This document shows, one piece after another, positions 1-8,760 of a DNA stretch of 64,000 nt. How positions within the stretch are numbered: position 1 is the stretch's first letter; each line of letters begins with the position of its first letter. A program made the position numbers and the translations under genes. This stretch comes from Myxococcota bacterium. GTDB taxonomy: Bacteria > Myxococcota_A > UBA796 > CAJQPC01. The notes under the pieces were generated by a model that made no database searches, was not told where the DNA came from, and was given only the letters and a program-made list of their open reading frames with translations. The stretch covers positions 96,001 through 160,000 of the forward strand of contig DASCPX010000009.1 of NCBI GenBank assembly GCA_036012755.1, written 5' to 3'.

Positions 1-2
1 CC

Positions 3-725
3 GCCGCGCCGGCGACCGCGAACCCTCGCTCCAGCGGCTGCGCCTGGCGCCAGGTCACCGCCGGCACCGGGACCGATACCCCCGCGGCCGGCGACATGGT
101 GGAGTTCCACTTCACGGTCTGGAACGCCGCCGGCGAGCTCCAGGAGAGCACGATCTCGTCCGGTCGAGCTGTCCAGGCTCCGATCGACGAGGTCGTCGAG
201 CGCACGCCCATCTGGTCGGACGAGCTCCTCGAGATGAACCCTGGCGAGACTCGACGCATCTGGGCCCCGGCTGCTGCCCTGACCGTCGACGGCCGCCCGC
301 CGCCTCCGGGGGACCTGGTCTTCGACCTCCAGTTGGTGTCCTTCGAGACCCCGCCGCCTCCGCCAGCGACCCCCTCTGATGTCACCGCCGCCCCGGCCGA
401 CGCCAAGAAGACCGCGACGGGCCTCGCATACAAGGTCCTGAACCCCGGCACGGGAACGCAGAGGCCTACGGCGAGCGACAGCGTCACCGTGCACTACAGC
501 GGCTGGACCACCGACGGGAACATGTTCGACAGCTCCGTCGCTCGCGGCGAGCCCTCGAGCTTCCCGCTGAACCGCGTGATCGCGGGCTGGACAGAGGGCC
601 TCCAGCTGATGGTCCCAGGAGAGAAGACCCGCTTCTGGATCCCAGAGGACCTCGCATACGGCGGTCAGCCCGGGAAGCCCGCCGGCATGCTGGTCTTCGA
701 CGTGGAGCTGCTCACCATCGACTGA
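3..725 (+). CDS. FKBP-type peptidyl-prolyl cis-trans isomerase, two FKBP domains (5' partial)
   Basis: Motifs VHYSGW..DG..FDSS, VIAGWTEGL, IPEDLAYG and LVFDVELL. A second degenerate FKBP domain lies upstream. The frame is open back to the window edge. Confidence 0.93.
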   Translation, partial: AAPATANPRSSGCAWRQVTAGTGTDTPAAGDMVEFHFTVWNAAGELQESTISSGRAVQAPIDEVVERTPIWSDELLEMNPGETRRIWAPAAALTVDGRPPPPGDLVFDLQLVSFETPPPPPATPSDVTAAPADAKKTATGLAYKVLNPGTGTQRPTASDSVTVHYSGWTTDGNMFDSSVARGEPSSFPLNRVIAGWTEGLQLMVPGEKTRFWIPEDLAYGGQPGKPAGMLVFDVELLTID

Positions 726-729
726 GGGC

Positions 730-1848
730 TCAGTCCAGGGTCGTCATGACCTCGTCGAGCATGTCCATGCAGAAGACGTTCTCCTCTGGCGTGCCCACGG
801 TGATGCGGAAGATGTCGCCGAAGTCGTGCTCCAACAGGGGCGCGAAGGTCTTGACCTTGACGCCTCGCTCGAGCATGCCCGCCGCGATGGCCTTGGCGTG
901 CCGGCCAGCGGTGGTGCGCACGAGGACGAAGTTGGCGACCGAGGGGTAGGTCTGGAGCCCGGACTGGGCCCCGATGCGCTCGCACAAGAGCGCGCGAGCC
1001 TCTGCGGTCCGCTGTCTCACGTCGGGCAGGTGCTGGCCGTCCTTCAGCGCGGCGACGCCCATGCGCTCTGCCAACAGCGGAATGCGGTAGTCCGTCACCT
1101 GGCCCTCGAGCTCGGCGACGAGCCCCTCGCTGGCGATGATGTAGCCGATGCGCACCGCGGCGAGGCCATAGGCGAAGGACATCGTGCGGGTGCACACCAC
1201 GTTCGGGTACTTCGCGACGAGGTCGACGAGGTAGTCGTGCTCGTGTGGCGAGAGGTACTGGACGTAGGCCTCGTCGAGCCAGAAGGTGGACCCCGTGTAC
1301 CTGGCGATGAGCGGCTCGATCTGCTCGCGGGTGACCAGCACGTTGCCGGTGGGGTTGTTGGGGTTGGCGATGTAGACCAGCCCGTCGCCCTGCTGGATGG
1401 CGGCCTCCAGCGCCCCGAGATCCAGCGCGTAGTCGGCCTCGTGGGACAGCGGCACGAGGCGAACCGTGAGCCCCGAGGCGATGGCCTTCAGCGGCACCTT
1501 TCCGTAGGTCAGAACCGGCGTGATGATCGGGTAGCCCTCCTTGTGGACGAGGTGCTTCAGGATCCGCATCGGCTTGGACTTGATGGCGCTCCGGATGAGG
1601 TGGGGCAGCACCTGCTTGAGGATGGGTCCGCTGCCGTTGTGGAGGTAGACCATCTCGGGGGTGCAGCCGCACTCGGCGGCGATCAGCGCGCGCAGCTCGC
1701 TGTTCTCGGCGTTGCTGTAGTTGCGGAGCGAGGTCCGGCTCGAGTGCTCCTGGAGCACGTCGATGGCCGCCTGGCTGCAGTAGGTGCCGTCGTTCAGGCC
1801 GAGGTTGATGGGCAGCTGCCAGCTGGAGGTGTCGACGTTCGTGGGCAT
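730..1848 (-). CDS. HisC-like class I/II PLP-dependent aminotransferase family protein (catalytic Lys replaced by Phe)
   Basis: NPNNPTG, LDEAY, RTMSFAYGLAAVRIGY (canonical RTFSKAYGLAGLRIGY), PSVANF and RITVG. Confidence 0.85.
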   Translation of the reverse strand: MPTNVDTSSWQLPINLGLNDGTYCSQAAIDVLQEHSSRTSLRNYSNAENSELRALIAAECGCTPEMVYLHNGSGPILKQVLPHLIRSAIKSKPMRILKHLVHKEGYPIITPVLTYGKVPLKAIASGLTVRLVPLSHEADYALDLGALEAAIQQGDGLVYIANPNNPTGNVLVTREQIEPLIARYTGSTFWLDEAYVQYLSPHEHDYLVDLVAKYPNVVCTRTMSFAYGLAAVRIGYIIASEGLVAELEGQVTDYRIPLLAERMGVAALKDGQHLPDVRQRTAEARALLCERIGAQSGLQTYPSVANFVLVRTTAGRHAKAIAAGMLERGVKVKTFAPLLEHDFGDIFRITVGTPEENVFCMDMLDEVMTTLD

Positions 1849-1860
1849 GGTGCGCGCGAC

Positions 1861-2916
1861 CTAACGCACCCTGATGACTCCCGTCAGCGCCACACCTGTC
1901 GCGAGGGCCGTGAAGTCCGGGTCGGTCGGCCAGAACCGGGCGTAGTAGAGACCCTGCTGTCCTTCGTACACGAGCTCGTCACTGCCGGAGGCGACGACCT
2001 CGCCGGGTATGCGGACCAGCTGAAGCTCGACGTCCCCCTCTGAGTGGCCCTCGACCAGGAGCTCGGCGGGGCCATCGATGACCCCGCCGGGGCCGGCGCG
2101 CTGCCGCCTGGTCGATGCTTCGATCCGCAAGGAGACGTCGGGCTCTCCAATGACCACGCGGCCGGCGACGAGGGCGTCGATGGGGAGCTCCCCGTCCAGC
2201 ACCCGCACCCATGTCGTCGGCCAGCCCAGGGGCGGGTTCAGGAAGTCGTCGGGAACCGTCCCGCCCCAGCGATGGCAGTCTGAGCCACCGACCGGGACCA
2301 CCCCGTCGGCGGCTCGGGCCTCCCACTCGGAGACGGACTCGGCGTCCCATGGGTCGAAGCGGGCTCCCCCGTTGTAGACCTCCAGCGCGTCGAAGTCCTC
2401 GCTCGTCCAGTCGTACTCGACCCAGGGCGCGGCGGCGTGAGGGTGCTCGACGATCGCCCACCCGCCCTTGGCGACACACTGTTCCACCGCGTCTTTACCG
2501 CTGACCTCACCAGGCGGTCGGTCGATCCACACCTCGAGGTCGACGAAGGCCCCCTCCAACGGCAGGCAGCCGACGTGGCCAGTCGGCCCTCCGTTTCCCT
2601 CCAGGGATGCGATCGGGCTGATCTCGCTCCCTTCGATCACTCCCTCTGGCCAGGCAACACCTGAGATCTCGGGGCCTTGGTTCGGACAGTCCTCGACGTC
2701 CTCGCAGCCCATCGAGCCCTGGGCGTTGGAGTGGTCGGTGATGAAGAGGAAGTCCAGGCCCGCCTCTTCCATGGCCGGCCCGAGGGCTTCGACGGTGCCG
2801 TTGCCGTCCGTGTCGTTGCTCCCGACGCTGCTGTGCACGTGCAGATCCCCGGCGAGCCACACCCCGTCGAGGGGTGGGACAGAACAAGCCGACAACATCG
2901 TGACCATGGACCCCAT
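1861..2916 (-). CDS. PHP-domain (CehA/McbA-like) metallohydrolase, probable lipoprotein
   Basis: GDLHVHS, ITDH, HP and GGSDCH metal-ligand motifs; LSAC lipobox. Confidence 0.82.
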   Translation of the reverse strand: MGSMVTMLSACSVPPLDGVWLAGDLHVHSSVGSNDTDGNGTVEALGPAMEEAGLDFLFITDHSNAQGSMGCEDVEDCPNQGPEISGVAWPEGVIEGSEISPIASLEGNGGPTGHVGCLPLEGAFVDLEVWIDRPPGEVSGKDAVEQCVAKGGWAIVEHPHAAAPWVEYDWTSEDFDALEVYNGGARFDPWDAESVSEWEARAADGVVPVGGSDCHRWGGTVPDDFLNPPLGWPTTWVRVLDGELPIDALVAGRVVIGEPDVSLRIEASTRRQRAGPGGVIDGPAELLVEGHSEGDVELQLVRIPGEVVASGSDELVYEGQQGLYYARFWPTDPDFTALATGVALTGVIRVR

Positions 2917-2952
2917 CGCGTAATGCTACCTTTGCCTCAGTCTGGGAGTCCC

Positions 2953-3612
2953 GTGAAGAGGTTCGTCTTTATTTCGCTGGCCCTTGGAGCGACCGTCGCG
3001 TGCGTCCCCGCACCGCTGGACGTGTCCTTCGACGCGGACGGCGCCGTCGACCTCAACCTGGGCGAGGACCCGGACGAGCAGATCTCCGAGTGGGAGTTCT
3101 ACGATGGCGGCGGCTGGCACAAGGCCGACGGCTGCCAGGACGAGCTCACCGCGACGGGCAACGAGGTGGGCGACGTCACCGCCGACGCCGAGTTCAGCGA
3201 CCAGTTCGGCGACGCCGTACGGCTCTACGACTTCTGCGACCGGGCAGTACTGCTCGTGTCCGGGGCCTTTTGGTGAAGCGCCTGTGTGGCGGAGGCTCCG
3301 TCACTGCAGTCGACCTTCAAGGAGTACGAGGAGGACGGCCTGATCGTCATCCAGATGCTCGCCGAGAACAACAGCAGCTCCACGCCCACGCAAGAGGATC
3401 TGGAGAGCTGGGCCGCGAACTCGGGCCAGACCCATCCGGTCGTCGCTGACGCTGGCTGGGCCGTCAGCAACCGCTTCGAGGTCGACTACGGCATCCCGAC
3501 CTTCTCCCTGCTTGCACCGGGCATGGAGGTCGTGACCGTGGACGACGGGGCATCGGAGAGCGTCATCCCAGACCACCTGCCCTCCGACTTCGAGCTTCCA
3601 GGCCAGGAGTAG
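2953..3612 (+). CDS. Selenocysteine-containing thioredoxin-fold (redoxin/TlpA/AhpC-TSA-like) lipoprotein
   Basis: GTG start after GGGAG; signal MKRFVFISLALGATVAC. The two ORF-track pieces are in frame and join through TGA 3274-3276 as FW-U-SAC-VAEAP. cis-Pro motif YGIPTF; SECIS-like hairpin follows. Confidence 0.88.
3282..3309 (+). promoter_or_regulatory. Putative bacterial SECIS element
   Basis: ctgt-gtggcgga-[ggc]-tccgtcac-t-gcag: 8-bp upper stem (one G-U pair), G-starting apical loop 17 nt after the UGA, and a 4-bp lower stem with a bulged U. Confidence 0.75.
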
Positions 3613-3657
3613 ACACCGGGTCTGACAGCCCTGTGACGTTGCCCCGAGCAGCGTGAG

Positions 3658-3686
3658 ATAGGCTCCCTCGCCGGGAGCCTGTTTTT
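3658..3686 (+). terminator. Intrinsic-terminator-like hairpin that also sequesters the RBS of the next gene
   Basis: ataggctccc-tcgcc-gggagcctgt followed by a T run, ending 1 nt before ATG 3688. Confidence 0.55.
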
Positions 3687-3687
3687 C

Positions 3688-6495
3688 ATGCTGCAGCTGC
3701 TTTTCCTTGGGTCCGCGCTGGCAGCGGAAGCCGAGCTCATGCCGATGGGACCGCTGATCGCCGACGGCATCACGCCAGCCCGCATCCAGGTGTCCGTGCC
3801 GGGGGCGATGCCCGGAGACAAGGTGAAGCTCAAGCCCTTCGAGGGCACGGCGAGCGGTGGCGCCGTCACAGCCCCCGGGGTCGTCAGCTTCAGCTTCCTC
3901 GCCCCGCGGCGCTACGAAGAGGACGGCTCGAAGGTCCGCGTCATCATCAAGGGCGCCGTCAGCGTCGACCAGACCTTCACCATTCCCCTGGAGCCACCGG
4001 CGAAGTCCGAGCTCGAGCTGTCGTTTACGCCGGAGTCATGGACCGTCGGAGACAAGGGCACCGTCGAGGTCAGCATCGGCGCCACCGGCCAGCATCCCCT
4101 GCCCGCCTCGGCGCGCCCCGTGATGCTGGAGGCGAACATCGGCAAGATCACCGGGCTCAGCGAGGGCGACGACGGCCAGTGGACCGCCACCTGGACGCCC
4201 CCTGCGGTGAAGGTCGCGACCAACGCGCTGTTCACCGCGACGGACCTGTCGTCGCCTGACACGGTCGTCGGCCAGTCCCACTACGCCCTGAAGGTGCAGG
4301 CGCAGCAAGAGGTGAAGGCCGCCAGCGGGAGCCAGAACGTGCTCGTCATCGGGTCGGCGCAGTACGGCCCATCGACCGCCAGCGAGGACGGAAAGGTCGT
4401 CTTCGATGCCCTCCTGGACCCGAGGGTGACCGAGGGCACGCTCCAGTCCGTCGACGAGACCGGCTACCGCAGCGACACGACCGTGCCGCTGGAGCTCGAC
4501 TCGCCGGCCGCAGTCGCCTTCGCACCGCTGCCGAAGATGGTCCCCACCGGCCGCCAGATCGTCGTCCACGTCGCCCTCATGGAGCCAGACGGATCGGCTT
4601 GGAGCAGCGCAGCGCCAAAGATGGAGGGCGCCTCGGAGGCCGAGAGCCTGGGCCGTGGGTGGTTCGCCTTTTCGGCCACGGCCCCCTCCGAGCCCGGGGC
4701 CTGGACCCTCGTCGTCGAGGCGGAGGGAGAGCTCCGGGCCATCCGCAAGCTCACGGTCATCGACGCGGTCCCCGACGTGACGCTCAGCGCCGATCCGGTC
4801 GGCCTCATGCCTGGCAAGAGCGCCTTCTCGGTCACGGCCCACCTCAAGGACGCCGACGGCACCGCTCTCACCAAGCGCAGGCCTGCCTTCGAGGTGGAAG
4901 GGGCCTCGCTCCAGAGCGGGCCAAAGGACAACGGCGACGGCACCTACACGGCCCGGTACTTCGCCCACAAGAGCGCCGACACCGCCAGGGTGAGCGTGCA
5001 CGCCGCTCCGAAGGCGACGGGGCTGGCGGTGGCTCGGCTCTCTCTCTGGCCCATGCAGGGGTCGGTGGCCGCGGACGGCTCGTCCACGACGGAGATCGCC
5101 ATCGTGGCCGAGGACGCCTACGGCATGCCGGTCCCGAACGTCGAGGTCAGCCTGACGACCCCGGTCGGAGACGGTGCGATGAAGCCGACGGCGAAGACGG
5201 ACCGCTACGGCTTCGCCGCGGTCAGCTACCGCACCGGTTCGAGCGTCGGACCCGCGGCGGTCGTGGCAGACGCCAAGGGCATCGTCGGCACGACCGTGCT
5301 CTACCAGCACGCCCCGGGCTCGGATCCGGTCGGCGTGGAGCCCGGAGGATCCGAGACGGACCTGGCACGGGCCCAGGCCTGGCGCTCGGCTCGACCGGCC
5401 ATCCAGGTCGCCAAGATGGGCGCTGATGTCGGTCCGCCGGCCCGGGTCGCGATCACCACGACGCCCTCCTACACGACGCCAGGCGCCGCCATCCTGGTCA
5501 CCGTGCGCGTGCTCGACGAAAACGGCAAGGCCGTGCTCACGTCGAGGCCGAAGGTGAAGGCCACCATCGGCAAGGTCGGCTCGATGACCAACAACGGTGA
5601 CGGCAGCTACAACCTGCCGCTCCAGCTGCCCGCGGGGCAGGACGGCCCCGTGACGCTGACCGCGACCGCCGGGGGGGCGACGGGGAGGCAGGAGCTGCCG
5701 ACGCTGGCCTCGCTCGGGGGCGCGCCGCCACCGACCCAGGACAAGGGAGACAAGGGAAGCGGGAAGAAGGATGACGGGCTCCCGACCGCGGGCAAGAACC
5801 CCAACCGCATGGACCTGCGCAACCAGTCAGCGCGCTTCTACCTGGCCGTCGGCGGCTACAAGTACACGGCCCTTCGGGTGAGGAACGGGGACGAGCCCAG
5901 AATCCCCTCGGAGATCGGCTTCCATCGCAAGGGGACGAGCCCCGTCCCCGGCGCCGGACTGGCCGCCAGCGGCCACCCGAAGGGCAACATGGTCGGCTAC
6001 GACGTGCGCCTCCGCTTCTCCGGGTACACGACGCAGGTCGGCGACGGCCTCTACTACGATGGCCTGCCCTACTTCGTCGGCGCCGTGCGGGCGAAGTTCG
6101 ACCTCGCCAGCGGGCTGGCCGCCTACGGGTCCGCGGGTCTCCACGTCGTCGACGTGCCGATCTACCGCTACAACGACGACCTCGACGACGTCGATCGCCT
6201 CAACAAGATGGTGCCCGGCCTGCGCATCGGCGGCGGCGTGACCTACACCAACCGCTTCGCTCACGCCCAGTTCGAGCTGGCCGAGAGCTTCGGACTCCTG
6301 CCGAAGGTCACGCACACGGGGCTCCTGGTCGAGGGCCGCGTCCCCATCGGCCCGGTGAGCATCGTGGTCTTCGTCGAAGAGGACATCGAGTTCCAGCACA
6401 TGCGCTACTGGGTGGGGACCGGCGACAGCGAGGACCGCGTGCTCATCCGGGGCCGCCAGGCGACGACGCTCTTCGGGGTCGGCGCGGCCTTCTGA
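3688..6495 (+). CDS. Large secreted Ig-like (invasin/Big_1-type) repeat protein with probable C-terminal outer-membrane beta-barrel
   Basis: Signal peptide; DNGDGTYTARY and NNGDGSYNLPL motifs; ADG..T.I...D.YG.PVPNVEV; amphipathic strands at the C-terminus ending in Phe. Confidence 0.7.
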   Translation: MLQLLFLGSALAAEAELMPMGPLIADGITPARIQVSVPGAMPGDKVKLKPFEGTASGGAVTAPGVVSFSFLAPRRYEEDGSKVRVIIKGAVSVDQTFTIPLEPPAKSELELSFTPESWTVGDKGTVEVSIGATGQHPLPASARPVMLEANIGKITGLSEGDDGQWTATWTPPAVKVATNALFTATDLSSPDTVVGQSHYALKVQAQQEVKAASGSQNVLVIGSAQYGPSTASEDGKVVFDALLDPRVTEGTLQSVDETGYRSDTTVPLELDSPAAVAFAPLPKMVPTGRQIVVHVALMEPDGSAWSSAAPKMEGASEAESLGRGWFAFSATAPSEPGAWTLVVEAEGELRAIRKLTVIDAVPDVTLSADPVGLMPGKSAFSVTAHLKDADGTALTKRRPAFEVEGASLQSGPKDNGDGTYTARYFAHKSADTARVSVHAAPKATGLAVARLSLWPMQGSVAADGSSTTEIAIVAEDAYGMPVPNVEVSLTTPVGDGAMKPTAKTDRYGFAAVSYRTGSSVGPAAVVADAKGIVGTTVLYQHAPGSDPVGVEPGGSETDLARAQAWRSARPAIQVAKMGADVGPPARVAITTTPSYTTPGAAILVTVRVLDENGKAVLTSRPKVKATIGKVGSMTNNGDGSYNLPLQLPAGQDGPVTLTATAGGATGRQELPTLASLGGAPPPTQDKGDKGSGKKDDGLPTAGKNPNRMDLRNQSARFYLAVGGYKYTALRVRNGDEPRIPSEIGFHRKGTSPVPGAGLAASGHPKGNMVGYDVRLRFSGYTTQVGDGLYYDGLPYFVGAVRAKFDLASGLAAYGSAGLHVVDVPIYRYNDDLDDVDRLNKMVPGLRIGGGVTYTNRFAHAQFELAESFGLLPKVTHTGLLVEGRVPIGPVSIVVFVEEDIEFQHMRYWVGTGDSEDRVLIRGRQATTLFGVGAAF

Positions 6496-6549
6496 GTCGA
6501 CCTCGGGAGCGGGCCTCGCCCCCCGTGTCAGCGTGGTTGTCGTCAGTCC

Positions 6550-6685
6550 GCCGACTGGGACCGGCAACTCGCTCTCGGTGAAACAGGGTGTTTCAGCCAG
6601 GCCGACTTGGGCCGGCAACTCGCGCTCGGTGAAACAGGGTGTTTCAGCCAGGCCGACTTGGGCCGGCAACTCGCTCCCGGGGAAA
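6550..6685. repeat. 51-bp tandem repeat (about 2.6 copies) with internal hairpin, REP/BIME-like
   Basis: ccggcaactcgc recurs at 6561, 6612 and 6663. Each full unit contains tgaaaca-ggg-tgtttca. Confidence 0.9.
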
Positions 6686-6937
6686 CCGCACGTCAGCGTG
6701 CAATCTGGGCGAGGCTGACGCGCAGGGTCCACGAGACTGCACGCCGGTGTCCATCCTGAGAGGCTCCGCCCGCCACGCGTCTCGGTCTCTCGATCCACAG
6801 CGTCGGCGGATCTACGAGGCGGCGAGGAAGGGCGGGGAGTCCACCCACCCCACGGTCACGGACTGCTCCGAGGGCGTACACTACGCCACCAGGGCAAGCC
6901 GAGGTGACCCTCACTCCGCTTCTTCCGCCTCCTCTAC

Positions 6938-7546
6938 ATGCGCACAACGTCCCTGTCGCTCCCCGGAGCCGGGAGCAGGGGCTACGTCCGCTTCCTGTAC
7001 TCGATCTGGGCCCTCGTCTACGACTGGACCGTGGCCTGGGACGGGGCCTATCGAGGCAACGCCAGGAGCATGATCGAGGCGGTGGTCAGCGAGGGTGACC
7101 GGGTCCTGGACGTGGGGGTCGGGACAGGGCTCCTCGCCGAGTACGGCGCGCCTCTCGCGGGCGAGTACGCCGGCGTCGACTACTCCGGAGGCATGCTCTC
7201 CAAGGCCGCGAGCAAGATCGCCAGCCTGAAGCTGGGCAACGTGAGGCTCCAGTGGGCGGACGCCCGGAATCTGCCCTTCGGGGACGGGGGCTTCGACGCG
7301 GTCGTCAGCTCCTTCGTCCTGCCCCACTTCGCTCGGGAGGAGAAGGTCGAGATCCTGCGGGAGATGGCCCGGGTGTTGCGAGGAGGAGGGAGGCTGGGGC
7401 TCTTCCTCGCCCAGGGCGAGATCGCTCCCCTGTTCTCGACCAGGGAGCAGCTGGAGGAGTTCCTGGAGGCGGCTGGCTTTGCCCAGGTCCGGATCGAGGA
7501 TCGCGACGATGTCTACCGGGTCGTCACGGCAGTGAAGCCCGCGTGA
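6938..7546 (+). CDS. Class I SAM-dependent methyltransferase (UbiE-like)
   Basis: VLDVGVGTG, ADARNLPF..FDAVV and EMARVLRGGG. Confidence 0.9.
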   Translation: MRTTSLSLPGAGSRGYVRFLYSIWALVYDWTVAWDGAYRGNARSMIEAVVSEGDRVLDVGVGTGLLAEYGAPLAGEYAGVDYSGGMLSKAASKIASLKLGNVRLQWADARNLPFGDGGFDAVVSSFVLPHFAREEKVEILREMARVLRGGGRLGLFLAQGEIAPLFSTREQLEEFLEAAGFAQVRIEDRDDVYRVVTAVKPA

Positions 7547-8162
7547 GCGGCGACGGCGAGTACTGGGAGAAGAACGCCCGGCGCTACGACCGCGCCACCC
7601 TGCTCCTCAACAAGAACTTCTCTGGCATGGCGCAGGCGGTCGCCGATGCCGTCGCTGGCTCTGAAGACGTGCTGGAGATCGCCGCGGGCACGGGTCTGGT
7701 GACCGCTGCGGTGGTCCCGGTGGTCGGTCGCCACATCGCCACGGATCGGTCTCCGGAGATGCTGGAGGTCCTCCGGGGACGCCTCGACGGGCAGGCCAAC
7801 CTGGAGGTGCGCACAGCGGACGCCCTGGACCTCGACTTCGAGGACGGCACCTTCGACGCGGTGCTGGTCTGCAACCTCCTCCACCTGTTGCCCGAGCCCT
7901 GGTGGCGCTGGCCGAAGCTCGGCGTGTCCTCCGGCCCGGAGGACGCCTGCTCGCTCCCACCTTCTGCCACGGGGAGGGTGTAGTAGCCGCGGTCTTGTCC
8001 CGGACGCTCTGGGTGACCGGCTTCCGGGTCGTCACCCGCTTCGGAGGCGACGAGCTGGACACCCTCGTGACCGAGGCGGGCTTCGAGGTGCAGGACGCCC
8101 GCTGGTTCCCGGGGCTGCTGCCCCTCCGCTACGTCGAGGCCACACACCAGCCTATGGAGTGA
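7543..8162 (+). pseudogene. Class I SAM-dependent methyltransferase with a single-base frameshift near 7900
   Basis: GTGA-coupled start. VLEIAAGTG...NLLHLLPEP is in one frame and ALAEARRVLRPGG in another; the two join if one base is added in gagccctggtg. Confidence 0.8.
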
Positions 8163-8760
8163 CCGGCTCCAGGTCGAAGAGGAAGGGGTGGACCACCTCG
8201 GCCTCGTCCTCGAAGCGCGGCCAGTCGGCGCCGTAGATGGCCGACCCGAAGCAGCTCTGGACACCCATCGGCACGTCGGAGTGGTCCTGCACCCAGACCT
8301 CGCCGAGTCCGGCTGGGCCGATGTCGAAGCGCATGTCCACGTGGCCGGAGAGCTCTGGGTACTCCATGGCCCAGGCCTCGACGCAGTCCTTGACCTCCGG
8401 GATCATCTCGTCGACGACCTCCCGTATGGCAGCGGGGGTCTGCTCCGCCGTCACCGGGGGCAGGAACCTGCGCAGAGGCTCGACCGCCGTGTCTTCCAAG
8501 GTGGCTTCGGGCTCCGGCACGTCCTCCATCGCGGCCACCTCGAGGGGCTCCGCAGAGGTGCGGGTCTTGCGCGGCTCGGTCACCGTGCGCTCCCCCGGTC
8601 TCGGCACCCGCGTCTGGACGGGCTCGTCGGGCTCGCGCTGTTGGGCCGGGTCCTCGCCCGCCGGAGCATCACCCGCGGCGACCTCGGAGCTGCCCATGAT
8701 CCACCCCAACAGCAGCAACACCGTGAGCACCACGACCCCGAAGAGGACCCGACGGCTCAC
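8152..8760 (-). CDS. Membrane-anchored AgmX/PglI (TonB-C-like) C-terminal domain protein
   Basis: N-terminal TM helix and Pro/Glu linker, then VKDC...LSGHVDMRFDIG...SC...WP...VVHPFLF. Confidence 0.7.
   Translation of the reverse strand: MSRRVLFGVVVLTVLLLLGWIMGSSEVAAGDAPAGEDPAQQREPDEPVQTRVPRPGERTVTEPRKTRTSAEPLEVAAMEDVPEPEATLEDTAVEPLRRFLPPVTAEQTPAAIREVVDEMIPEVKDCVEAWAMEYPELSGHVDMRFDIGPAGLGEVWVQDHSDVPMGVQSCFGSAIYGADWPRFEDEAEVVHPFLFDLEPVTP

Noticed and set aside
730..1848. Gene symbol hisC
   Set aside because: The catalytic Lys is absent and there is no his operon context.
3274..3276. TGA as a true stop or nonsense mutation giving two genes
   Set aside because: It falls exactly on the redox Cys position, the frame continues, and a SECIS-like hairpin follows.
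6550..6685. CRISPR array
   Set aside because: Units are identical along their whole length with no unique spacers, there are fewer than three full copies, and no cas genes are present.
6690..6937. Small gene or ncRNA upstream of the methyltransferases
   Set aside because: No convincing start, motif or recognisable RNA fold; left unannotated.
7885..7915. Programmed ribosomal frameshift
   Set aside because: No slippery heptamer, and I know no precedent in this enzyme family.
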